DNA of 54,818 bases from Nocardioidaceae bacterium. GTDB taxonomy: Bacteria; Actinomycetota; Actinomycetes; Propionibacteriales; Nocardioidaceae. The position numbers and the translations under genes are program-made. Under the pieces are notes generated by a model. It was not told the origin of the DNA. It saw only the letters and a list, made by a program, of their open reading frames with translations, and ran no database searches. Positions within the stretch are counted from its first letter, which is position 1. Each line of letters begins with the position of its first letter. The stretch covers positions 1-54,818 of the forward strand of contig JACCYJ010000093.1 of the NCBI GenBank assembly GCA_013696555.1, written 5' to 3'. This document shows positions 1 to 8,322 of the stretch, piece after piece.

Positions 1-3000
1 AACGCGAACGAGATCGGCAGCGCCTTCTGTGCGGATTGTGGTTCCCCGCTGACTGCCGGCTGTCCGGCGTGTGGGGCGGCCACGACGCCGGGGCAGCGGT
101 TCTGCCGGGCATGTGGGGCCGCGTTAACCGGACCACCCGCGGCGGTCATAGATGGTGCACCACCCGTCCATGCACCGGCGCCGCGATTGCCGGTGGCGGA
201 GCGGCGGGTGTGCTCGGTGCTGTTCTGCGATCTCGTGGGTTTCACCCCAATGTCAGAGGCGAAAGATCCCGAGGAGGTCCGGGAGCTGCTCTCGCGTTAC
301 TTCGAGGTAGCTCGGACGATCATCGGCCGCTATGGCGGGACGGTGGAGAAGTTCATCGGCGATGCGGTGATGGCGGTGTGGGGCACCCCGTCGGCGACCG
401 AGGAGGACGCCGAGCGTGCGGTTCGGGCCGCGTTGGAGCTCATCGACGCGGTGGCTCAACTGGGGTGGGAAGCAAACGCGGAAGGGTTGTCCGCTCGGGC
501 GGGAGTGGTCACCGGGTCGGTGGCGGTGACGGTCGGCGCCGCCGGGGAGGGGATGGTCGCTGGGGATGCGGTGAACACCGCGGCTCGGGTCCAGGCCGAC
601 GCTGCCGCCGGGACGGTGTTAGTAGATGAGGGCACCATGCGACGAGCGGAGGCCGCGGTCGGTTTCGCTGCCGCCGGAGAGCACAGGTTGAAGGGCAAGG
701 CAGCACCTATGCCGTTGTGGCGGGCTGAGCGGGTGCTAGCAGGTGCGGGTGGTTCACAGCGAATTGACGGGTTGGAGGCGGGTTTCGTCGGCCGGGGCGC
801 GGAGCTGCGGCTGGTCAAGGAGCTCTTCCACACCTGCGTCGAACGACGATCACCGCGGCTGGTGAGCGTGACCGGAGCGGCGGGAGTGGGGAAGTCGCGG
901 CTGGGGTGGGAGTTTCGCAAGTACATCGACGGGTTGCTGGTCACCGTTTGGTGGCACCAAGGCCGATGCCTGTCCTACGGCGACGGCGTGGCGTTTTGGG
1001 CACTCGGCGAGATGGTCCGGCAACGGCTCGGCATCGCGGAGGAGGATTCCACCCAGGTTGCCGCGGAGAAACTGGCCGCCGGTCTGGAGGAGCGGTTGAC
1101 CGACCCCGCAGAGCGAGCCTACGTCGGCCCAAGGTTGGCGCAGCTGCTAGGTGTGGAGTACGGGGAGACGGGCCCCGTGTTGGGTCGGGAAGAGCTGTTC
1201 GCGGGCTGGCGGTTGTTCTTCGAGCGGCTCGCCGCGACGGGTCCGGTGGTGATGGTCGTCGAGGACCTCCAGCACGCCGATGTCGGCTTGCTGGACTTCC
1301 TCGAACACTTGCTGGACTGGGCCCGTGACGTGCCGATCTTCGTGCTCACGCTGGCCAGGCCCGAGCTGGAAACCCGCCGCGCCGGATGGGGAACCGGACG
1401 TCGGAACAACACCACTCTCACCTTCGACCCGCTCGACGACACCGCCATGCATGTGTTGCTGGATGGTCTCGTGCCCGGTATGCCGGCCGCGGCGAAGACA
1501 GCGATCGCCGACCGCGCCGAAGGGATTCCGCTGTATGCCGTGGAGACGGTGCGCATGCTCGTCGACCGTGACATCGTGCAACCCATCGACGGCGCGTACC
1601 GGCTCGTCGGGGACGTGGGCGAGCTGGCGGTGCCTGCCACGTTGCAGTCGCTGCTGGCGGCCCGACTCGACACTCTCGAGCCGAACGCCCGACGGTTGGT
1701 AGCCGACGCGGCGGTCCTTGGCGGTACCTTCCCCGGCGATGCGCTGGCGACGATCTCCGACCAGCCCGAACCCGAGGTGCGCCGGTTGCTGGCCGAGCTG
1801 GTTCGCCGGGAAGTATTGGGCGTGCGCGCGGATCCCCTCTCTCCGCAGCGCGGTCACTACGCCTTTCTGCAGACCATGTTCAGAGAGGTCGCCTACCAAA
1901 CGTTGTCCCGACGAGAACGCAAGGCCCGACACCTCACCGTCGCAATGCACCTTCGGTCGACCTTCGCTGACGATGGCGAGGAGGTAGCCGAGGTCATCGC
2001 CAACCACCTACTCGACGCGCTAGCAGCAGTCCCGGACGACCCGGACTCCTCAACATTGCGCGCAGAGGCGACCACCATGCTCAACCGCGCCGGAGAACGG
2101 GCGCAACGAACCGGAGCACCCAGCACCGCCGCCACTGCTTATAAAACCGCGGCCGACCTCCAGGAACGAGAAGGCGACGAGGCGGCGAAAGTGGCCGCGG
2201 CTGCTTTGCGGGAAAGGGCCGGATACGCAGCGAGTATTTCGGGTGACAGCGATGCTGCCATCGACTCCTACCGGCGCGCCGCCGAGACCTACCGCCAACA
2301 CAACCGCACCCGCGACGCCGCTCGGGCCGATACCGGTGCCGGCAGGGAGCTGCGCCGGCAGGGTCGGCACGATCAATCCCGTTCGCTGTTAGAGGGCGCC
2401 CTCGCGAGTCTCCAAGCCGACCCTGACGCGGACACCGTCGACGCGCTGGCCGAGATTGCGACCCTGGAGGCGTTCTCGGGTCACGCTGCTGAGGCGGACC
2501 GGCTCTCGGCGGCGGCGCTCGCCCACGCGCAAGCGCTGGATTCATCTGATGTGACGCTGGGAGAACTGCTCACCGTCCGCGGCATCGCTCACGGCGTGGC
2601 GAGCCGGCCAGTGCAATCCGTGGCCAGTCTGCGGGAGGCGGTACGCCGCGCCGAGTCCGCCCAGGATGGTGCCGGCGCCGGTCGAGCGTATCTCAACCTC
2701 TCCGACGCTCTCCTCACAAGCAACCCGGCGGAGGCAGCAGAAGCTGCCGCTGCCGCAGCCGCCTACTGCCGGCGGGTGGGAGACAGGTACAACCTTCCCG
2801 TCGCCGTGAGCAACCAGGTGCAGGCGTTCCTGCTCACCGGAGACTGGGACAAGGCCGAGGAGACGTACAGCAGCCCGGACAACCCAGGCACCAGCCCCTA
2901 CTCCGCGGTGCTGTTACGCGCCCTCCGGGGCGACCACGCAGGCATCGACGACCTGCTTCCAGTCAGTGAGCAGGATTGGCTCGACACCGAAGACCACCAG

Positions 3001-3600
3001 GAGGTCGCCACCGCGGCCACCGCATTCGCCGCAGCCGCGGCGTGCGCCGGTGACCTGTCACGAACACTGACGCAAGCACAGCTTGCTCTTGGCAACGCCG
3101 ATGCCCTCGGACTGCGCAACGAAGGCATCCGCTGGGCATGGCCGCTGGCAGGCGACGCCGCCCTCGCGCTCGGTGAGCTCGCCGAGGTTGACCAGCTCAT
3201 TCAATGGCTCGACGAGCACCCACCTGGTCAGCTACCCGCGGTGCTCCGCGCTGAAAGGCTCCGCATTCACGCCAAGCACTTGGCTCTTCAAGGCGACCCG
3301 CAGGCTGGCGACGCCTTCAACGACGCCACTCGGGCATTCCGCGAACTCAAGTCCCCCTACCACCTAGCCGTCGGGCTGCTCGATCAAGCTGAACATGTCG
3401 CCAACGCCGACCTGCCGGCCGCGCACGAACTCGCCGCCGAAGCCGACGCCATCGCACGGCGGCTAGGCGCCAAACCACTCAGGCAACGCGCTGAAGCGGT
3501 GATGCTCGCGGGTGATGATTCTGTGATACAGCAACCGTCGCGTGCCCGTCAGACCGCCGAACCTACGCCCCGTTCTGGTCCCACGACCATGTCGCTATGA
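1..3600 (+). CDS. 5'-partial multidomain signalling protein: double zinc ribbon + class III adenylate/guanylate cyclase + AAA/STAND-type P-loop NTPase + TPR-like helical repeats
   Basis: Frame 1 is open from base 1 (NANEIGSAFCADCGSPL..CPACG..FCRACG, paired CxxC) and continues into tracked ORF 187..3600. Cyclase motifs VLFCDLVGFT, FIGDAVMAVWG, GDAVNTAARV. Walker A VTGAAGVGKSRL, Walker B VVMVVEDLQHAD. Long Ala/Leu-rich helical-repeat C-terminus. Confidence 0.85.
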   Translation, partial: NANEIGSAFCADCGSPLTAGCPACGAATTPGQRFCRACGAALTGPPAAVIDGAPPVHAPAPRLPVAERRVCSVLFCDLVGFTPMSEAKDPEEVRELLSRYFEVARTIIGRYGGTVEKFIGDAVMAVWGTPSATEEDAERAVRAALELIDAVAQLGWEANAEGLSARAGVVTGSVAVTVGAAGEGMVAGDAVNTAARVQADAAAGTVLVDEGTMRRAEAAVGFAAAGEHRLKGKAAPMPLWRAERVLAGAGGSQRIDGLEAGFVGRGAELRLVKELFHTCVERRSPRLVSVTGAAGVGKSRLGWEFRKYIDGLLVTVWWHQGRCLSYGDGVAFWALGEMVRQRLGIAEEDSTQVAAEKLAAGLEERLTDPAERAYVGPRLAQLLGVEYGETGPVLGREELFAGWRLFFERLAATGPVVMVVEDLQHADVGLLDFLEHLLDWARDVPIFVLTLARPELETRRAGWGTGRRNNTTLTFDPLDDTAMHVLLDGLVPGMPAAAKTAIADRAEGIPLYAVETVRMLVDRDIVQPIDGAYRLVGDVGELAVPATLQSLLAARLDTLEPNARRLVADAAVLGGTFPGDALATISDQPEPEVRRLLAELVRREVLGVRADPLSPQRGHYAFLQTMFREVAYQTLSRRERKARHLTVAMHLRSTFADDGEEVAEVIANHLLDALAAVPDDPDSSTLRAEATTMLNRAGERAQRTGAPSTAATAYKTAADLQEREGDEAAKVAAAALRERAGYAASISGDSDAAIDSYRRAAETYRQHNRTRDAARADTGAGRELRRQGRHDQSRSLLEGALASLQADPDADTVDALAEIATLEAFSGHAAEADRLSAAALAHAQALDSSDVTLGELLTVRGIAHGVASRPVQSVASLREAVRRAESAQDGAGAGRAYLNLSDALLTSNPAEAAEAAAAAAAYCRRVGDRYNLPVAVSNQVQAFLLTGDWDKAEETYSSPDNPGTSPYSAVLLRALRGDHAGIDDLLPVSEQDWLDTEDHQEVATAATAFAAAAACAGDLSRTLTQAQLALGNADALGLRNEGIRWAWPLAGDAALALGELAEVDQLIQWLDEHPPGQLPAVLRAERLRIHAKHLALQGDPQAGDAFNDATRAFRELKSPYHLAVGLLDQAEHVANADLPAAHELAAEADAIARRLGAKPLRQRAEAVMLAGDDSVIQQPSRARQTAEPTPRSGPTTMSL

Positions 3601-3639
3601 CGGCGACGGGGCATGTCACTGTCACCGCCGCATGAACTG

Positions 3640-3920
3640 GGTGCAGGACGCTGATCTCGATCGAGACCTTAGGAGTAGCTCCGGCGCAATCGCTGACGGG
3701 CACCGCGAGATCCTCAGCCTCAACATCTGCTCCGCCGAGTACGAGGCCGGCTGGCTTACCCTGTTCCGCGGCTTGACCGCCCGCGGACTGTCCGGCGTCA
3801 AGTTGGTCACCTCAGACGCCCACTTCCATGGAACTAATCCCGCCGTTCGCGAAACCCTCCGCCGATGCCAGGACCGCGCCGACTTCGAGCACGCGGTGCT
3901 TCAGCAGGTACCCGAATCTC
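3640..3920 (+). pseudogene. IS256-family (mutator-type) transposase remnant
   Basis: The segment AIADGHREILSLNICSAEYEAGWLTLFRGLTARGLSGVKLVTSDAH matches the conserved core of IS256 transposases (..DG.REILGL......E....W..FL..L..RGL.GV.LV.SDAH). Flanking parts are shortened or degenerate, and no full-length ORF or inverted repeats were seen. Confidence 0.6.
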
Positions 3921-4281
3921 TCTTCGGCAACGAGCGTGATGGCGTGGAAGGTCTCAATGTGATGGGAGGGCACGAGCCCGCCCAATGTGGGGGCGCTCCT
4001 TGATCGCTCGCGCCGCCATCTTGACGATGGGCTGTTTGCGGTCGGGCTGGCGCTGCTGCTGCTATCGCCGAGCCGGGTCGCGCCGGACGCCCGGGTCGGC
4101 GCGGTCGTCTGCTGAGGACGGGAACGAAAAATCACGACGCGCTGATGCTGGCCGACCGCACCGCCCGCAGCGTGGCCAAGCTCAGGGACGGCAACGACGC
4201 CTGAGTGGCCAACCCGCGCCTACCTGGCCGTCGCCGCAGAGTGGCCACGAGCCAGTCACTGGTGTGGCGGCGAGCGTAGGT

Positions 4282-6918
4282 TTAGCCCGTCTCTTGCAGC
4301 GCCTGCTGCAGCATTTCGTCGATGGGCAGAGCGTGTCCGGCGGCGTATGCGGCGTCCCACTCGTCGCTGGTAAGCGCCGCCCTGGCCGTGGCCATCGGCT
4401 CGGCGATCTCGGCTTCCTGTGGGGAAGGCCGGGGTGCCTGCAGGGTCTTGTGCGACGCGTCGGCGGTGCCGAGCAGCCACGCCGCGAGCCGCGCCTCGCC
4501 ACGTTCGGCGAGGATCGCCGCGAAGTCCTCCGCGAGGTACATCAGCCCCGACGGGATGTTGAGTTTGAGGGCCTCGGGTATGACTGAGCGCATTTGTGCG
4601 AGCGCCTCGTCGAGCTGGCCGAGCAGCCGCAGGCTGCACGCGATGTTGTGACGGTCCAAGACGAGCGCGAAGGGGCTGCCGATCTCGTGTGCGAGCGCGA
4701 GTGCCTCGCGCTTCAGGGCAAGAGCCCGCTCGTAGTCGCGCTCATGGGTCTCGACGAAGATCGCCATATCGGCGATCACCTCATGCCTCTTGATCTGGTT
4801 GCCCACCTTTCGGGTGAGCATCAAGGCCTCCTCATAGGCGTCGCGCGCATCGTCGACCGCGCCACGCTCAGAGTCGATGATTGCCTGGACGTTGAGCGCG
4901 TCGATGAGCCGGTGCGGGTCGTCCAGGCGTCGGCACATCGCCACCGCCAGGACCGCCTTGTCGTGCGATTCTCCCCACTTACCCTGGATGCTTAGGCGGC
5001 TGGACGCGTGGGTCAGGCACCTGGCGAGAGCGACCCCGTCGCCGCGAGTGTCGCGTTCGATTGCGCGGCGTGTGAAGGGCAGACCCTCGAACTGGGGGTA
5101 GCCGAAGGCGCTTGCCCACACGATTCCGGTCTCCGCGCATAGCTCGATGCCCAACGCCCGCCTTCCCGCTGGCATGCTGACCGGCTCGTTCTCCGGCAGG
5201 GTCCAGTCCAGTGCTTCGCGGAGGTTGCCCAGCTCAGAGCCCAATCGAGCCTTGGCGAACTGATAGCGCTCGGCCTCCAGCATCGGGACGAGGTGTTGCG
5301 CAACGGCGAGGAAGTGACGCGCGTGACGGTCGCGGGTGCTCTCGTGATCGCCGGAATGGGCGAGCATGTCTAGGGCGTATGCCCGGATCGTCTCGAGGAG
5401 TACGACCCGCGGTTCGCCGCTTGGGTCGTCCACGACGCCGATCAGGCTGGCGTCGAGCAAGTCGGAGACCGCGTCGAGCGCATCGGCCTCGGCCTGCGTA
5501 ACGGCCGCCACCGCGGCGAGGTCCCCGCCTCCGCCGAAGACACCGAGTCGGCGGAAGAACGTCTGCGAGCGCTCGTCCAGCAGGTCATAGGACCACGAGA
5601 TCGTCGAGCGAAGCGTCCGCTGGCGGTCAGACCCACGCGTAGTCGCCGCGGCCACGTCGAGCACCGACCCGAGGCGGTTCAGCAGGGCCGACGGGCTGAG
5701 GAGCTTGATCCGCGCCGCTGCCAACTCGAGGCCGAGCGGGAGGCCGTCGAGGTGACGGCACACCGCGGCGACCGCCGCTGAGTTGTCGGCCGTCAGCTCG
5801 AATGCGGGTCGTACTCGCTGTGCGTGCTGGACGAACATCCGCACGGCCGGCGAGGTCCCGACGTCTGCGACCTCGTCGGCTGCCGGGAGCCCAAGGGGTG
5901 GCACCGGGAACTCGTGTTCTCCCGACGTGTGCAGCGGGCGTCGCGACGTCACGATGGCGCGCGAACGCGGTGACGCTGACAGAAGCTCAGCCGCAAAGAT
6001 GTCGGCGTCGGCGACCTGCTCGAGATTGTCGAGGACGAAGAGCGCCTGTTTGTCGGCGACCGCGGCAGCGACGTCGCCGGTTGAGCGAACCTCGGGCGGC
6101 AGGCCCAGGCTCTCGGCTACGAGCGGCCACGCCGACTCGGTGGCGGTCACGGTCGCCATCGGCACGAAGTAGACGCCGTCGGCCATTGTCGTCCACAGCC
6201 GTTCAGCGACGGCGATCGCGAGACGGGTCTTGCCGGTTCCGCCTGGCCCGATGAGCGTGACGAGTCTTGTGTCCGGCGATGCGACGCGGGCGACGAGGGA
6301 GGCCACCTCGGTGTCGCGTCCTACGAGTGGGGTGGCCGGCACGGGCAGCCGCGAGGTCGAGCCGAGCGTCTTCAGCGGAGGGAAGTCCGATTGCAGTCCG
6401 TCGATCGTCAGCTGATGGAGTCGCTCTGGGGCAGGCATGTCCTTGAGCCGATGCGGCCCCAAGTCGACCAGGGCGGTTGCCTCGGGGAGGCGTCCCGCCA
6501 CGAGAGTCGCCGTGGAGTCCGACAGAACGACCTGGCCGCCGTGCGCCGCGCCCGCAACCCGTGCCGCGCGATGAACGTCCATGCCGACGTACGCCTCGCC
6601 GTGGACAGCCGGCGATCCCGTGTGCATGCCGATCCGGACCCGAACCGCCTCACCCTGCGGCCAGGGATACGTGGCCAGGGCGCGCTGAGCGTCCACCGCC
6701 CCCCAGGCAGCGTCGGGGGCTGTCTCGAACACGACGTAGAAGCTGTCGCCTTCCGTGCCCAGCTCAATCCCGCCGTGGTCAGACCACGCCCGGCGCATCA
6801 ACGTGCGCTGCGCATCGAGGGCGTCGGCGTACTCCGACCCGAGGCGGCTGAGCAGCGCAGTCGAGCCCTCGATGTCTGAGAACAGCAATGTCACCGTCCC
6901 AGACGGCAGTCCAGCCAC
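4282..6918 (-). CDS. Class III nucleotidyl cyclase + NB-ARC/STAND-like P-loop NTPase + TPR repeat protein
   Basis: N-terminal cyclase motifs TLLFSDIEGST, EGDSFYVVF, GMDVHRAARV. Walker A LIGPGGTGKTRL, Walker B ALFVLDNLEQV. C-terminal half is helical-repeat (TPR-like). 878 aa ORF. Confidence 0.85.
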   Translation of the reverse strand: MAGLPSGTVTLLFSDIEGSTALLSRLGSEYADALDAQRTLMRRAWSDHGGIELGTEGDSFYVVFETAPDAAWGAVDAQRALATYPWPQGEAVRVRIGMHTGSPAVHGEAYVGMDVHRAARVAGAAHGGQVVLSDSTATLVAGRLPEATALVDLGPHRLKDMPAPERLHQLTIDGLQSDFPPLKTLGSTSRLPVPATPLVGRDTEVASLVARVASPDTRLVTLIGPGGTGKTRLAIAVAERLWTTMADGVYFVPMATVTATESAWPLVAESLGLPPEVRSTGDVAAAVADKQALFVLDNLEQVADADIFAAELLSASPRSRAIVTSRRPLHTSGEHEFPVPPLGLPAADEVADVGTSPAVRMFVQHAQRVRPAFELTADNSAAVAAVCRHLDGLPLGLELAAARIKLLSPSALLNRLGSVLDVAAATTRGSDRQRTLRSTISWSYDLLDERSQTFFRRLGVFGGGGDLAAVAAVTQAEADALDAVSDLLDASLIGVVDDPSGEPRVVLLETIRAYALDMLAHSGDHESTRDRHARHFLAVAQHLVPMLEAERYQFAKARLGSELGNLREALDWTLPENEPVSMPAGRRALGIELCAETGIVWASAFGYPQFEGLPFTRRAIERDTRGDGVALARCLTHASSRLSIQGKWGESHDKAVLAVAMCRRLDDPHRLIDALNVQAIIDSERGAVDDARDAYEEALMLTRKVGNQIKRHEVIADMAIFVETHERDYERALALKREALALAHEIGSPFALVLDRHNIACSLRLLGQLDEALAQMRSVIPEALKLNIPSGLMYLAEDFAAILAERGEARLAAWLLGTADASHKTLQAPRPSPQEAEIAEPMATARAALTSDEWDAAYAAGHALPIDEMLQQALQETG

Positions 6919-7157
6919 TCGCTAAGTACACCGCCGCAAGCGCGCGCCGGGCTAGTGGGACGAATGCGGCCGACCGCTTGGCCGTTCAGCTGTCGCGCTC
7001 GGGGCACGGTCAGCCGGTCGAGGACCGCCGGGCGGGGCGCCTCGGGGCCGGCAGGTCGACAACGGAGTAGCCAGTGACCTCACCCGGTGATCACCTCCGA
7101 CGAGGAGCTCGCGCCAGCACATTGGCGGATATCGAGCAGGTTTCCTAACCTCGCAGC

Positions 7158-8165
7158 GTGCGAGACGTCCGGACCCGACCCTTCACCCGTGCAGACCTGC
7201 CCGCGGCGGGCCGGCTGCTCGCGGCTCGGCACCGACGCCAGGCGGAGTGCGAACCACTGCTGGGCAACGGCTTCGCCGACGCAGAAGTCGCACTCAAGCA
7301 TCTGCAGGAGCTCTGGCAGGAAGAGCCTCTTTCGGGGTCAGTCGCAGAACGAGATGGCCGTGTGGTCGCGTACCTGGTTGCCGGCACCAAACCTGCTGCG
7401 GTGTGGGGGCCTAACGCCTGGGTCGAATCGTCCGGACATGCGCTGGACGACGACGTCCCTGTCGAGGTGGCACGAGAGCTGTACGCAGTGGCGGCGGAGT
7501 CGTGGGTTGCGGAAGGGCGCCTCGCCCATTACGTGTTGGTGCCTTCCCACGATGTGGCCTTGGCCGACGCCTGGTGGCGCTTGGGATTCGGTCTGCAGCA
7601 CGTGCACGCACTACGCAGCCCATGGTCTGTCGAGGAATCACTCGCCGCAGGGTCTCGGAAGTCAGCCATCACGGTGCGCACACCCGTCCGCGCTGACATG
7701 GCGGCTCTGGTCGAGCTCGACCTCGAGCTGCCTCGACACCAGGCGCGCTCACCGACCTTCTCCTCCGGGCCCATCGCGTCGTACAAGGAGGCCGTCGCCG
7801 ACTGGGAGGGCGACTTCGTCGGCGAGGCGTACGCGTCAGAGCGTTTCACCACGTTCGTCGCGGAGCAAGAAGGTGGTGTGGTCGGCTCGGCGGTCGGATG
7901 CGCGTTGTCGGTGTCGAGAATGTACGAGGGTCCGCTGCAGACACCGGACGCCGGATTCCTCGGCTTCGCCGCCGTCCGACCCGAGGCTCGCGGACTCGGG
8001 GCCGGTCGATTGCTCGGCGAGGCCGTGCTGGCGTGGTCGGCGGCACAAGGACATCCGGCCGTTGTGACGGACTGGCGGGCGACGAACCTCCAGTCGTCGC
8101 GCGCCTGGCCGGCCCTCGGGTTCCGGCCGACTTTCTGGCGGCTGCACCGACTGATCGGCCACTGA
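7158..8165 (+). CDS. Tandem GNAT-family N-acetyltransferase
   Basis: 335 aa with two acetyltransferase-like halves. The second half carries an acetyl-CoA-loop-like sequence, AAVRPEARGLGAGRLLGEAV. GTG start. Confidence 0.7.
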   Translation: MRDVRTRPFTRADLPAAGRLLAARHRRQAECEPLLGNGFADAEVALKHLQELWQEEPLSGSVAERDGRVVAYLVAGTKPAAVWGPNAWVESSGHALDDDVPVEVARELYAVAAESWVAEGRLAHYVLVPSHDVALADAWWRLGFGLQHVHALRSPWSVEESLAAGSRKSAITVRTPVRADMAALVELDLELPRHQARSPTFSSGPIASYKEAVADWEGDFVGEAYASERFTTFVAEQEGGVVGSAVGCALSVSRMYEGPLQTPDAGFLGFAAVRPEARGLGAGRLLGEAVLAWSAAQGHPAVVTDWRATNLQSSRAWPALGFRPTFWRLHRLIGH

Positions 8166-8170
8166 GCCCC

Positions 8171-8233
8171 GTCGTTCGGCGCCTTGCGGCGAGATTCACC
8201 GGCGTGTCGGCAGCCGCTTCGCGCCAATCGACG
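8171..8233 (+). repeat. 63-nt dispersed repeat with terminal inverted repeats, copy 1
   Basis: tcgttcGGCGCCTTGCGGCGAGATTCACCGGCGTGTCGGCAGCCGCTTCGCGCCAATCGACGa. It aligns base for base with the copies at 23681, 44282 (inverted) and 48484, and starts 6 nt after the GNAT stop codon. Confidence 0.85.
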
Positions 8234-8322
8234 ACCGGTGGGCAATCGACGGATGAGGGACCGGTGGGCATGTCAGCCCGGCGCACTATGGTGCGACCCA
8301 TGCCGGCGGCACGGGGGTTTGG

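Noticed and set aside
3812-4135. Minus-strand ORF with a protein-like stretch (HHIETFHAITLVAEERFGYLLKHRVLEV) that might be a second gene remnant beside the IS256 relic
   Set aside because: I could not assign it to any family, it overlaps the transposase-like frame, and the rest of the ORF is low-complexity. It is left unannotated pending a BLASTX.
6930-7000. Possible fifth, degenerate copy of the 63-nt repeat (..GCCGCAAGCGCGCGCC.. and ..CGACCGCTTGGCC..)
   Set aside because: Only short patches match and their relative orientation is inconsistent with the consensus. It cannot be distinguished from chance GC-rich similarity without a proper alignment.
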